Positions 1-12,381 of a stretch of 64,000 nucleotides of DNA are shown in pieces. Position numbers and translations under genes: made by a program. Origin of the DNA: Octopus vulgaris (taxonomy: Eukaryota). The notes under the pieces were generated by a model that did no database searches, was not told the origin of the DNA, and worked only from the letters and a program-made list of their open reading frames with translations. Location: NCBI GenBank assembly GCA_951406725.2, contig OX597838.1, positions 16,368,001 through 16,432,000 of the forward strand, written 5' to 3'. How positions within the stretch are numbered: position 1 is the stretch's first letter; each line of letters begins with the position of its first letter.

Positions 1-482
1 TCTTGAAAAGAGAGAGAAAGAGAGATTAAGAGAAAAACAGAAGAGACAGAGACTGGAAGACCAAGAGAGAAAGACAGAGAGATGAGAACAGAGAAAGGAA
101 GACAGACAGACAGCAGAGAGTGAGAGAGAGAGAGAAACGAAATGGAAGAGAGGCTGGCAAATAAACAGAAGAGATGAGATTTCCAATAGATCAACAACGT
201 AGATATATGAACAGTATTATTGATCTCTGTTGTCATAGAAATAAATATATTACTAACTGATATAATGAAAAGGGAGAAAAAAAATGGTGTTAGACATCTT
301 TGTCAAGAAATAGTTTGATACAGGTCAAAAAAAAGTATCTAGTCATAACTCAAGCCGATAGGGAGAGCTAGTATGTGGTGACTCAAATTGCTAAAAACAG
401 CCTCCATATCTTCCTCAGATCATACCCTACTGATTTAAAACTGAAAGGACCTAAGGGATGCATCTAACTGTGGGTTCCTTAA

Positions 483-702
483 CCCTTTCGTTACTGTATT
501 TATTTTGAGATGCTCTGTGTTTCTTTCAATTATTTTAAATATAACAAAGAATTTAGTAAAATAACTTAGTTATAATTAAGCTAGTGTTAGGAATATTAAT
601 TGTGACTAAGGTTTGGTGGAAGATTTTAATTCAAAACTTATGGAAACAAGACATTTTACCACTGAGCCAGAGCCGGCTTTGGCCGGGTTAGTAACAAAAG
701 GG
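483..702. mobile_element. piggyBac-type MITE, family A
   Basis: TTAA|CCCTTTCGTTAC...GTAACAAAAGGG|TTAA; near-identical to 62504-62724; further partial copies near 1116-1256, 12570-12945, 17975-18325, 28250-28376. Confidence 0.85.
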
Positions 703-706
703 TTAA

Positions 707-924
707 CCCTTTAGCATTCACTTTATTCTGTCAAAAGTAATGTTTATTTATTCACATTGTTTTGAATTAATCCTGCATTATTTTATAGCTTCAAGATTTT
801 GATGAAGTAACATAATTTTTAGAATGGTATTATCGGGTTGGTGTGAGAGGCCAGATCTGACCAGTTTGAGCATAAAACGGGTCGAATATTTTGGCCAGAT
901 ATCACTGGTCTAAATGCTAAAGGG
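707..924. mobile_element. piggyBac-type MITE, family B
   Basis: TTAA|CCCTTTAGCATT...AATGCTAAAGGG|TTAA with perfect 12-bp TIRs; shares TTAA 703-706 with the family A copy. Confidence 0.85.
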
Positions 925-1345
925 TTAATGGCGGCTCACTTGGAGATAAGCAACAACTTTTCAAAATTTGATCTTTACAAATAAACCTATAAATATCAGT
1001 AGTAGCTAGACCTCTTTGATACAACCAATATGGGTGGAGTGGAGTTTCTGATATCAATCTACCCAGAAATGCCTTTGCTTCTATGATACAAACTTCTTTT
1101 AATGTAATCCAAAACAAACCCTTCCATCAAAACATTAATTTATGCATCAAACACCTGCTTAATAAAGGCTAAGTTATTTTACTGAATTCCTAATTATTTT
1201 CAAAATTAAGTAAAACAAAAGCACTGTATTTCAATAGAAATATGGTAACCAAAGGGTTAAAGTGATCCAAATTAAAACCTTCCACCATAATTTCATATTA
1301 ATTTATGGAACAAACACCAACTTAATAATGGTAAGGGTATTTTAA

Positions 1346-1802
1346 CCCTTTAGTGTTCAGATTACTCTGTGAAATGTAATACTTTTTCACTCAAATTGTT
1401 TTGAATTAATCATGCATTATCTTATAGCTTTGAGGTTTCAATGATGTGATTGCTCATTTTTAGAATGTCAATGTAGGTTAGGAGTGAGGGGCTAGATGTT
1501 GCCCATTTGAATATAAAACATGTGGAATATCTGGGCCAGATATATGTTTCTTTATTACCCACAAGGGGCTAAACACAGAGGGGACAAATAAGGACAGACA
1601 AAGGGATTAAGTCGATTACATCGACCCCAGTGCGAAACTGGTACTTTATTTATCGACCCCGAAAGGATGAAAGGCAAAGTCGACCTCGGCGGAATTTGAA
1701 CTCAGAACGTAACGACAGACAAAATACTGCTAGGCATTTCGCCCGGCGTGCTAACAATTCTGCCAGCTTGGGCCAGATATAGCCAGTATAAACACCGAAG
1801 GG
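1346..1802. mobile_element. MITE family B interrupted by a SINE
   Basis: TTAA-CCCTTTAG...AAGGG-TTAA termini; SINE nested at 1545-1768. Confidence 0.75.
1545..1768 (-). mobile_element. tRNA-derived SINE family S1
   Basis: Head GCTGGCAGAA...GAGTTCAAATTCC (A/B-box like), core GCCTTTCATCCTTTCGGGGTCGATAAAT; 13-bp TSD TGGGCCAGATATA. Confidence 0.85.
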
Positions 1803-2057
1803 TTAATGAATTTTCCATTATTTTCAAAATTAATTAAAACAAAGGGAGCATATTTCAACAGAAATATGGTGACAAAAGGATAAATGCCAGGAAGCTAGAG
1901 ATGGAAAAATGCCTTTGAGAGACCCTTACAGCCAAACAAGACCTTTATTTAATACACCAGTTCAATGATGGCAACAGTCACAACCATTGTTTTTAAGAGA
2001 GAAATTTCTTCTTTTCCTTCCACTTTTCAATGTTCGTAAGAGTTGAAACATTGATAA

Positions 2058-2340
2058 TCATCATCATCATCGTTTAACGTCCATTTTCCATGCTAGCATG
2101 GGTTGGACGGTTCGACCAGGGATCTGGGAAGCCAGAAGGCTGCACCAGGCTGCACCAGGCTCCAGTCTTATCTGGCAATGTTTCTACAGCTGGATGCCCT
2201 TCCTAACGCCAACCACTCCGTGAGTGTAGTGGGTGCTTTTTACGTGCCACCTGCACAGGTGCCAGGCGAGGCTGGCAACGGCCACGGTCGGATTGGTGTA
2301 TTTTATGTGCCACCGGCACGGAAGCCAGTCGAAGCCAGTT
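2058..2340 (-). mobile_element. 5'-truncated RTE-LINE 3' end with (GAT)n tail (family R)
   Basis: GTTGGCGTTAGGAAGGGCATCCAGCTGTAGAAAC motif and (CAT)n; matches the 3' UTR of the RTE copy at 43464-44478. Confidence 0.8.
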
Positions 2341-2354
2341 GTAAGTAGAAGGAA

Positions 2355-2648
2355 AACAAGATATTGTCCTACGATGAGCTTGTCTGGAAGGCACTAGTAT
2401 CAGATCTTCCCCTGAGTTGGTATAAGCAGAGAGGTGGTCAGCTGAAGACGTGGTTCACATCAGTTAAAGCAGATATGGCGCTCATTTCTGGGTTTCAAGT
2501 CTTTGGCGTTCATCGCTCCAGTGGGAATGGCTTTAACATGCTGCAGAACCAGCCGCCAACAGACATGCATGGACTGCTTTGACCCATGACGCAGTGAACT
2601 CAATAAGAACCAGCTTAAGCCTCCTGGGAGAATACCATGACAAGAAGA
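2355..2648 (+). pseudogene. RTE-clade LINE ORF C-terminal remnant
   Basis: Translates ...WYKQRGGQLKTWFTSVKADM...QVFG, then frameshifted ...ANRHAWTALTHDAVNS, typical of RTE C-termini. Confidence 0.65.
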
Positions 2649-3175
2649 CTTTTCGATGTGCCTTATCCTTCTCACACCACTTTCCTCATCTAGCTTCATT
2701 ATGCAGACACATGGTGTACGAGGATTGTGTAAACCAGTGATTCCTAATGTGGAAAATTTGTGGTAGTGTCTGGGATAAAAATTTTTTTTTTTCTTTTTAG
2801 TAGGACATGGAATTGTGAAAACCATTTTTCACAGCAAACATACTACACCTAAACTCAGCCTAGCCAAGCCAATCCCTCCAAACAAACACACTGTGTGAAG
2901 ACTGTTTGCTACAGCACAACACTATTCTAATGCTACAGATGAAGCTAACAAAACTGTCTTCTTGAATCAAGAAAATCTACCAGTCATAGGTAGAAGGTTC
3001 TCGTTAAAGTGAATCACTTTTTTTTTCCTTGGACAAAATGTACCTTTTTTTTTTGTACTCAGTACTTAATAAAAGAGTTACTGGTAGATTCTTTTGTATT
3101 AAATAACTGATAAAATATTAAAAATAAAGTTGTTTCTTCCCAGCCTCTGGAGGGGCACACATTTTTCTGGATAGT

Positions 3176-3940
3176 TATTGTGGGGCTTGGGTGAAAGTAG
3201 ATTGGGAAACACTAGTGTAAACCTATTTAAAAGTGACAATCCTTATGGCAGTCACCACAGATGAAGATGAAGTCATCACTGTATGAAGTTGAAACCATCC
3301 ACTTCCTGAATTACTGATTTTTACCAAACCAGAAATGGTCAACCTCTAAATTCAACAAATATTAAATTTACTTTAAGTAAATGAACTACCAAGTACCTAT
3401 ACATTAGTATAATTGATACAAGTTCATTAATACTGTACTGTGCAAGGTACCGGTAAACTAGTCTAGCAGCCACAGGAATTTGAAGTTCCTACTCATAAAT
3501 TAGTACAGATTATAAGTGGTTTCAGATCATCAGTGTCTGGAAAGTTGTTGTTCCTGTATTTAAACTGAAATGAGTAAGAGTGTTATACTAAGCTGAGTAC
3601 TAATTAAGCCGAGTAATTGGAATAATGTTGAGCTAACTAATAGATTATCAAGGTCAATCACTTTTTATTTTTAAGGTTATCGGTATTAATGAACTTGTAT
3701 CAATTATACTAATGTATAGGTACTTGGTAGTTCATTTACTTAAAGTAAATTTAATATTTGTTGAATTTAGAGGTTGACCATTCCTGGTTTGGTAAAAATC
3801 AGTAATTCAGGAAGTGGATGGTTTCAACTCCATACAGTGATGACTTCATCTTCATCTGTGGTGACTGCCATAAGGATTGTCACTTTTAAAAAGGTTTACA
3901 CTAGTGTTTCCCAATCTACTTTCACCCAAGCCCCACAATA
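3176..3940. repeat. Long inverted repeat (258-bp arms, ~250-bp spacer)
   Basis: 3176-3433 is the reverse complement of 3683-3940 with about 3 mismatches seen. Confidence 0.95.
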
Positions 3941-4154
3941 TAACCAGCACTGATTTGTTATGACATTTCATATCCAAATACATCTAATGTAAACAATGTA
4001 ATCACAGAGAGAAAATTAGGTAATCGGTGTATATGCATATTTCAGGAGTTCTTGCTCCTTCATCAGCACCCATCCAACCCGTTAACCATCCACAAAATCA
4101 TTGCTTAAATAGCCACTAAATATAGTGGTATAACACTATTAGAGATACCAATTT

Positions 4155-4360
4155 TACTCTTTTACTTGTTTCATTCATTTGACTGTGGCCATGCTGGAGC
4201 ACCGCCTTTAGTCGAGCAAGTTGACCCCAGGACTTATTCTTTGTAAGCCTACTACTTATTCAGTCTCTTTTCACCGAGCTGCTAAGTTACGGGGACGTAA
4301 ACACACCAGCATCGGTTGTCAAGCGATGTTGGGGGGATAAACACAGACACACAAACATAT

Positions 4361-4443
<83 letters not shown>

Positions 4444-4549
4444 AATATATATATATAGCCTTAAAGACACTCGATCAAAGTGCCATGCAGTGGGACTGAA
4501 CCCGGAACCATGTGGCTCGTAAGCAAGCTACTTGCCACACAGCCACTTC
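4155..4549 (-). mobile_element. SINE family S2 (internal TA/CA microsatellite), internally deleted
   Basis: Tail TACTCTTTTACTTGTTTCA...CATGCTGGAGCACC and head ...CCACACAGCCACT; homologous to 43030-43433. Confidence 0.8.
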
Positions 4550-5181
4550 TATTCCTGACAGCTGGTATGTATATCTATATACTGGTAGAAACAGCATATT
4601 TTGTTATGCAACTAAAATATACTACAAAGCGTATCAAATGCTTTATCGTTTCTCTTATTGATTTGGTCTTCATTTAGCACGAACTGTACTTCTGATTTTC
4701 CTTTGCTTCCCTCATCATAGACAAAGAACTACAGGTGAAAACCATGTAAGCATGTGTATAGAGATGTGAAGAAGTGCGCAGAGGAACAAGAAGGAATGGC
4801 TGACCGATTGCATGTGTGTGTATGTGCGTGCAAGAAAATATGTGTAAGTTTATGCATGGGTGTATGTGTATGTGTGTGTGTGTGTGTGTGTCAGAAAGTG
4901 AAAGTGAAAGACAGTGTGTATATGTGTGTATGAATGTATGTGACTGTTTGTGTGTATGCTTGAGCGTATGTGTGGGCGTGTGGCCAGCCATCAGGTGTGT
5001 ATCCATTGATCTCCAATTCAGCAACACAATTTGACATGAACATACATCATCGGCTCGCACACAAGCTGATAATCAATTATATGAGCAAACTCCTGCATCA
5101 ATAGATTCTCGAGACAACACTGATATGTATTTCACTAATACACACTCGATTCACAATTGGCTGCCTTGCTAGCTGGACCTA

Positions 5182-5703
5182 CCGTAAATCCTCGAGTATA
5201 GTCCGCCCTTGAGTATAATACGCAGGGGATTTTTAGGGGGCTGTATCTCTGAAAAACCTAAACCTTGTGTATAATACGCACCATTTCTCTAACTCAAGTC
5301 GTGCATAATTAAGCCAGAAGCACCTAGTCGAACAAACACTTCTGCGCATGCGTAATACAGTAATGGTGATGTTCTTAACTGTTATATGAGAATGTAAATA
5401 TGTTTGCAAATTGTTTTTGTTACATGTTATTCTGTGTTCTGAATACTTTTATTTTAATAAATGTTGCTTACTGCAAGTTATGGATGATTCTTTTATGACT
5501 TCATTGCTTTCCGGCTTAGCTTAAGGTATTTCTGCGCCCAACATCACAAAATGCGTCTGAATAAACATTACTGGACAGCAAATAGAGTCTTGGACATTGC
5601 TTAGAAAATATTTTTCATTTTTAGCCTCGTATATAGTACGCACTAGGGAATTTGACCTTTAAATTTTAGGAAAAAAATGCGGATTATACTCGAGGGTTTA
5701 TGG
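5182..5703. mobile_element. Tc1/mariner-superfamily (pogo/Tigger-like) MITE
   Basis: TA|CCGTAAATCCTCGAGTATAGTCCGC...GCGGATTATACTCGAGGGTTTATGG|TA; ~25-bp TIRs and TA TSD. Confidence 0.8.
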
Positions 5704-6467
5704 TATTTACCAACCAAACAGATCCATCAACAGAAAATGAAATAAAAAATAATACATACAACACATATCTAACATCACTACGTCACTACTAGCACAGAAG
5801 TTGCACTGACAACAGCAGCAGCAAGAGTCTGGCAATGTTCCTACCTCTGCACATTGCAAGTCAGAAGGACTAAAATGCCAATTCAAAGGAACAAACAAGA
5901 AGAGTCAATACAGAAATAATGGAGCAATACTGTACAAAGGCAAGCTGTGGTGTTGAAGCATGAAAAAGATTGGCACCATTCCAAGAAAATACACTACACA
6001 CTAGTGAAGGTTTGGCAGTACCATTAAGGAATGTGGTTTGTGACTAGGAGGTTTTGAATATGCTCTCATTGCACAGGTCATGATGGTGGTGATGCTGCTG
6101 CTGGTAGTGATTATGGTGGTAGTGGTGCTGGTGGGAGTGTTAAACTGTTCATACAATTACACTGTGTAGCATGCTTTTAGCCCTTGGGTAGCAACTGTTA
6201 TTTCCTTTTTGCTTTCCCCTAGAAAGTATGAAAAATGGCTTATATTTCCTTCAAACTTTGCTTTTTTTTACATTTAATCAAACCCATAAGAATACCTCTC
6301 AACACACGGCTATGATGCTCCCCACCTATTCCTGCTCATCATCAGAGATGCACATTGTCAGTCACTAAGAGACATGCTCAAGTGGTTAAGGTCAAGCAAC
6401 TGACAAGGAAATCTATGGTATTGAGCAGAATATTTGCTATAATGATATTTCTGCTTCAGTAACTCAC

Positions 6468-6479
6468 CACTGAATCTGT
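6468..6479 (-). other. Candidate 12-nt microexon
   Basis: Minus strand: TTTTTCCATTAGATTTCAG|ACAGATTCAGTG|GTGAGT. Confidence 0.3.
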
Positions 6480-7224
6480 CTGAAATCTAATGGAAAAATA
6501 GATCAGTTTCAAAATATTGATGTCCAGGTCACAAAAGCATAGTTTGAAGGGAATAGTAGTCATTTCCTTTGATTTCTAAATAGAAGCAAATAAGAAAAAA
6601 ACACAGACCAAAGACAAAAAAAAAAATTATGATTTTGTTTCACAGTGTTATTTAAGTACAGCACACAAGAACAGGAATGGTCACCTCATAAGCAAATGTC
6701 CTGTGTTAATATTTCATAGATAGACACTCAGTGCAAGACTGTCAGAGAAAGATGATCGTCCTTGTTATTGTGTGACGGACTTAATCTGATCTCTGATTAA
6801 ACACCACCATCACCTGAACCTGGAATGCTTATAATGGAGTACACTGTTTCAAACACCTGGGCCAGGTCTCCTGTCTGAAAATAACTTCCCTGGTTCATTG
6901 ATTTTTGAAGGCCCTAAAAGTGGTTACTAACACTTCTCTTCCACCAACTATCAATCAAGTTTCTGTTATTAAATTGCTACCATGCTGGGGCACCGCCTTC
7001 AAGAGTTTTTAGTCAAATGGCCAATCCATTTGACTACTTTTTTTTGTCAAGCTTGGTACTTATTCTATCCGTCACTCAGTCTAACACCATCAGTTGTTAC
7101 CCTGAGTACCCTTAGTAGAATCCAGGTGACCGTAAGCATTCATAAGCCAAAGGTTCAGTTTGAGAATACCTTCTTCTCCCACAGTAGTTTCTGAGGCCCT
7201 GTGAAAGGTCATAGACATTGCCTT

Positions 7225-7556
7225 CCATCCATCTATCCGCTCAGACGAAGTTGACTCTCGGTTACTCCATGGATCAGTGTCCTCCAGTCAGTTCTATCCT
7301 GGGCCGCTTCTTTCAGATTGGCTATGTCCATTCCGGTATCACTCTTGATGGTGTCAAGCCAGTGGGTTCTTGGTCAGCCTCTTCCTCTCTTGCTACTGAC
7401 CATTCCGAGCATGATGTACTTCTCCAGGGATTTTCTCCGCATAACATGACCGAAATATGCCAATCTATGCTTGGTGATCCTAGCTTCTAGCGACATTTTC
7501 GGCCTGATCTGCTTAAGAACTTCTCCATTGGTGAGCCTCGCTGTCCATGGAATTGC
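7225..7556 (-). pseudogene. RTE/BovB-like LINE 3' fragment
   Basis: IPWTARLTNGEVL...RLAYFGHVMRRKSLEKYIMLG...RGRG*PRTHWLDTIK; in-frame stop. Confidence 0.85.
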
Positions 7557-8073
7557 CTTAATGCCCGTTTTTAAATAGGGGTGGAGAAAGAAAGCAATAG
7601 TTTTGTTACCTTTTAAATTCAATTCTTTTCAAAGTTCACCTCTCACATCACCACCGCCTGACCCCCAGGGAGCGAAAGTAAGCAACAGCTACAAAGTACC
7701 AGAAATATACAGGGGTGGGTTGATTTAATTTATCATGTCCGCCACCCAACCATTCAATCATTGGCTAAGAGCCTAAGTAAGAAATCAATATAATAGTATC
7801 TATTGCATAAAACTGTAAGCAACAATAACAACAACATTGACATACAGATTTTTTCTTACTTCTTTCTTTCTTTCTTTCTTTTTATTTATTTCTCTCAGCA
7901 TTTGTTTGGTTGGCCAGCAATGCTGTGCTTAACCAACTAATCTGTAAAATTACAGGCAATGATAGAGAGAGCGGAGAGTACACGAGTGGAGTGGAAGCAG
8001 GGCAACAGGAAACAAAAAGACCACACAAAATAATCCAGTAGTGTGTGAGAGAAAGAGAGAAAGCTGAGAAATA

Positions 8074-8105
<32 letters not shown>

Positions 8106-8212
8106 CATGTGTGTGTGTGCACCAGCCACAGATCAGTTCTCTTCAGTAGCCAAAAGACCAACTGTGTAAAGTGGGGAAGAGTAATAAAGTCAATTAAATT
8201 GATTATAATATA

Positions 8213-8613
8213 CTAGCAGTATCGCCCGGCGTTGCTCGGGTTTGTAAGGGAAATAACTATAAAGCACTTTTAGAGAGTTATAGCCAAAAAATAGCAAAAA
8301 AATGCATTAAAAATAGAAAAAAAATTATGGTGAATTTTTTTTTAAATCGTTGACTCATCGTAGACATTTTTAGAGAGTTACTTCCCTTATATAATAGCGA
8401 AAAAAATGCATTAAAATGGAAAAAAATTATGGTAAATTATTTTTTAAATCGTAGACTCATCATGGATGCGCGCTAATGCCCAGAAGGGCTTGATATGAAT
8501 CACGACTATAAGATACCCGGTTTTGGTTAAACTGCACCGCAAAATGTGGGAGTAGTTAGGAATCTAAATCGGAGGAGACAGACAGCACACAACCTTACTT
8601 TTATATATAAAGA
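8213..8613 (-). mobile_element. Non-autonomous Helitron
   Basis: Minus strand: A|TC... start, subterminal hairpin CCCGAGCAACGCCGGG, ...CTAG|T end; internal ~100-bp tandem duplication. Confidence 0.8.
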
Positions 8614-8838
8614 TTACAAATATATATTTTATTTGCACACACACACACATATACATGTACACACCAGAGTCTGACATTCTTTTACTGGTTTCAATCACAG
8701 GACCATGGCCAGACTGGGGCAATGCATTTCTGGATTTTAATTAATTACAGTCAGGCACTTGTTTTATCGATATCTATGTTTGAACTGCTAAGTTACCCTT
8801 TTTCTCTGACACAAAATTGATTTTGACAAGTAATGTCA

Positions 8839-8881
<43 letters not shown>

Positions 8882-9221
8882 GACAGCTTCCATCTACCAA
8901 ATTCCACTCCAGAATATTGGTGAACTCAGAGTTCATGGTGCCATAGAGAGAGATCAAAAGCAGGACCGTGTGTTTGTGAAGCAGATTTTTTAACCACACA
9001 ACTATACTATGTAACAGCAAAAATAAATGTCAATGGTTTCTAACACAGACACAAGGCCTGTAATTTTGAGGGGAAGGGGGGTTAGTCAGTATCATTGACC
9101 CCCAGGGCTCAACTGGTACTTATTTCACTGACCTCGAAAGGATGAAAGGCAAAGTTGACCTCAGCAGAATTTGAACTCAGAACATAAAGACGGGGGAGGT
9201 AATTTTGAGGAGGAAGTAAGT

Positions 9222-9222
9222 A

Positions 9223-9260
<38 letters not shown>

Positions 9261-9370
9261 ATTGATGTTGTTGTTGTTGTTGTTGATGTTATTGATGTTG
9301 ATGTTGATGATGATGTTGATAATGATGTTGATGATGATGATGTTGATAATGATGTTGATGATGATGATGT

Positions 9371-9404
<34 letters not shown>

Positions 9405-9409
9405 GGTGG
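9222..9409. repeat. (GTT)/(GAT)/(GGT) compound microsatellite
   Basis: Direct reading. Confidence 0.95.
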
Positions 9410-9963
9410 CTTTAGATTTTGGCACAATGCAGTAATTTCAGGGGTAAGGTAAGTCAATTACATCAAACCCCAAAAGGATGAAAGGCAAAGTCGATCTCAA
9501 TTGACTTTGGAATTTGAACTCCAAACGTAAAGACAGATGAAATGCTGCTAAACACTTTGTCCAGCATACTAATGATTCTACCAGCTCACCACTTAGTAAT
9601 AATAATTGTAGAACTAGTCCCAAATAAGGAAAAACGTAGGCATAATGTGGGTAGGTTACAAAAATGCACTTTAATTACAATAAAAGAACTATTAATTTGC
9701 AGGATTAATCTATTAGAGAGAGTCCTGGTTCAAATACTTCCAAGTGAAAGGACCCTTCTAAAAGTACTCAAAAAACTGACAGTAGTGGGAATTAGAGTAA
9801 CTGGTCACACCCCCAAAATAGGAATGGTCCCTATCACAAGTTTCCACAATGTTTCCATCAACCATATTCCATTCACAATACCTTGGCCAACCTGAAGCTA
9901 TGGAATAAGACACTGTATTTTGATGGCATATAAAACACTTTTTCCAAAAAAAGTGTCTCAAAA

Positions 9964-10442
9964 GAAAACATCACCCTGGGTCCTGCATGCAAAGTTGGGC
10001 CTCCTATAAGCTTTAATTCACTGAAAACGTCACTCTGGGTCCTGCATGCAAAGTTGAGCCTCCTATAAGCTTTAATTCACTGAAAACGTCACCCTGGGTC
10101 CTGTATGCAAAGTTGGGCCTCCTATAAGCTTTAATTCACTGAAAACGTCACCCTGGGTCCTGCATGCAAAGTTGGGCCTCCTATAAGCTTTAATTCACTG
10201 AAAACATCACCCTGGGTCCTGCATGCAAAGTTGGGCCTCCTATAAGCTTTAATTCACTGAAAACGTCACCCTGGCTTCCTGCATGCAAAGTTGGGCCTCC
10301 TATAAGCTTTAATTCACTGAAAACGTCACCCTGGGTCCTGCATGCAAAGTTGGGCCTCCTATAGGCTTTAATTCACTGAAAACGTCACCCTGGGTCCTGC
10401 ATGCAAAGTTGGGCCTCCTATAAGCTTTAATTCACTGAAAAC
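9964..10442. repeat. 59-bp minisatellite, 8 copies
   Basis: Unit GAAAACGTCACCCTGGGTCCTGCATGCAAAGTTGGGCCTCCTATAAGCTTTAATTCACT; no spacers. Confidence 0.95.
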
Positions 10443-11237
10443 AGTTTTTCATCCTGAATATGTGCTGCTGAAATCTAATGTGCTTCTAATGTGCTTCTGT
10501 GTCCTATATGCCATCAAATGCAGTACCTGAGGTACTGTACTGTGAGATTGAACTCTGAAACCACACAAAGCATTTGTTAAGTAAACAAGCCATATCACAG
10601 CTGTGGCTGGCTGCTCTGTTTAGGCTGACACAACAAAGTGGTAAGCTACTAGCATTAGTTGATCAATATGTAAACAAGATGTCAAAGTAACTAGGTGGTA
10701 AATGGTGCATGTCCCACCATCATAAACATGTGACATAATTACGTAGGACATAGGTGTCTGCACTGTGAAAGGTAATTTAGTAGTCAATGGAATAAATAAT
10801 TTAGTTCAAGCTAACAAAAAAATAAATGTCAAAAACCTGCCTTCTTTCTTGGTGGTGATTACAGTTTTAGGTAAAACTTATTTTCTGACAAAGGCAGCTA
10901 AGATTAGCAAATATCAGGATGTGAAGGTCAATATCAAAAAGAATGTGTAACACAAACATGAAAGACGAAAGCCAGTTGTTAATAAAATTGTTGGTATGTG
11001 CTTATTTTGTTTTCTTTAACGCTTGTTGTTCCCTGCTAGTATGGCTTAGACAGGAGGAAATTGCAATAGAAATTTTTATGGTTGGATGCACTTCCCGTTG
11101 CCAACTCTTAACAGAGACTTTTTATCCCAGAGGATTTTGAAAGCACAGAGTTAGCAGGTGATTTGTGACAGGAAATATCAACAAAAGTCACCAGTAGCAG
11201 CCAAGCTACAAATGGTGACACCATTCATAGCTATAGC

Positions 11238-11432
11238 TCTCTTTTACTTGTTTCAGTCATTTGACTGCGGCCATGCTGGAGCACTGCCTTTTAGTCGAGC
11301 AAATCGACCCCGGGACTTATTCTTTGTAAGCCCAGTACTTATTCTATCGGTCTCTTTTGCCAAACCGCTAAGTGACGGGGACGTAAACACACCAGCTTCG
11401 GTTGTCAAGCAATGCTAGGGGGACAAATACAA

Positions 11433-11473
<41 letters not shown>

Positions 11474-11636
11474 TACGACAGGCTTCTTTCAGTTTCCGTC
11501 TACCAAATCCACTCACAAGGCATTGGTCGGCCCGGGGCTATAGCAGAAGACACTTGCCCAAGGTGCCACGCAGTGGGACTGAACCCGGAACCATGTTGTT
11601 GGTTAGCAAGCTACTTACCACACAGCCACTCCTGCG
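11238..11636 (-). mobile_element. SINE family S2, full length
   Basis: Head GCGCAGGAGTGGCTGTGTGGTAAG..., CORE-like CCTTGGGCAAGT, internal (TA)n, tail ...GAAACAAGTAAAAGAG. Confidence 0.85.
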
Positions 11637-12145
11637 CTCTGTATACATTTTATAACCATTCATACACACACACAAAACGTGTGTGTCTGTAATGAATTAT
11701 CGTCAGCTATAAAAGAAAAAAGATTCAACGAACACATTAAGAAACTGCAAAAACAAACCAGGTGCCAAACAGTTCCAGATGATCACTCATTCTCTTGCAA
11801 AAAAAAATTCTTCAGGGAAAGTAATGTCCCTGTCTCCTGACAAGATCCAATTTACAAAAATCTAATTAAAAACCTTGAAATATGAACAAGAGTGATAATG
11901 GCAATTACTGTTTCTCATTTAGGCACAAAGTCAATGATTTCAGAGTATAAGGGATTAGTCGACTACTTGGACCCCAGCACTTGACTGGTACTTTATTTTA
12001 TCAATGCCCAAAGGATGAAAGACAAAGGTGACCTCAGCAGGATTTGAACTCAGAACATGAAGAACCAGAAGAAATATTGCAAGGCATTTTGTCTGATGGT
12101 CTTATGATTCTGACAATCCACTTCCCTAATAATAATAACAACAAC

Positions 12146-12381
12146 ATCATCATCATCATCATCGTTTAACGTCCGTTCTCCATGCTAGCACGGGTTGGAC
12201 GGTTCGACCGGGGATCTGGGAAGCCAGAAGGCTGCACCAGGCTCCAGTCTGATCTGGCAGTGTTTCTACAGCTGGATGCCCTTCCTAACGCCAACCACTC
12301 CGTGAGTGTAGTGGGTGCTTTTTACGTACCACCTGCACAGGTGCCAGGCGAGGCTGGCAACGGCCACGATCGGATTGGTGC
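12146..12381 (-). mobile_element. RTE-LINE 3' end (family R)
   Basis: Near-identical to 2058-2300. Confidence 0.8.

Noticed and set aside
3505-3540. Minus-strand CTGATGA-tct-GAAAC as a hammerhead
   Set aside because: No stem II and no convincing stem I or III pairing
9964-10442. CRISPR-like array
   Set aside because: Head-to-tail units with no unique spacers, no cas genes, eukaryotic context
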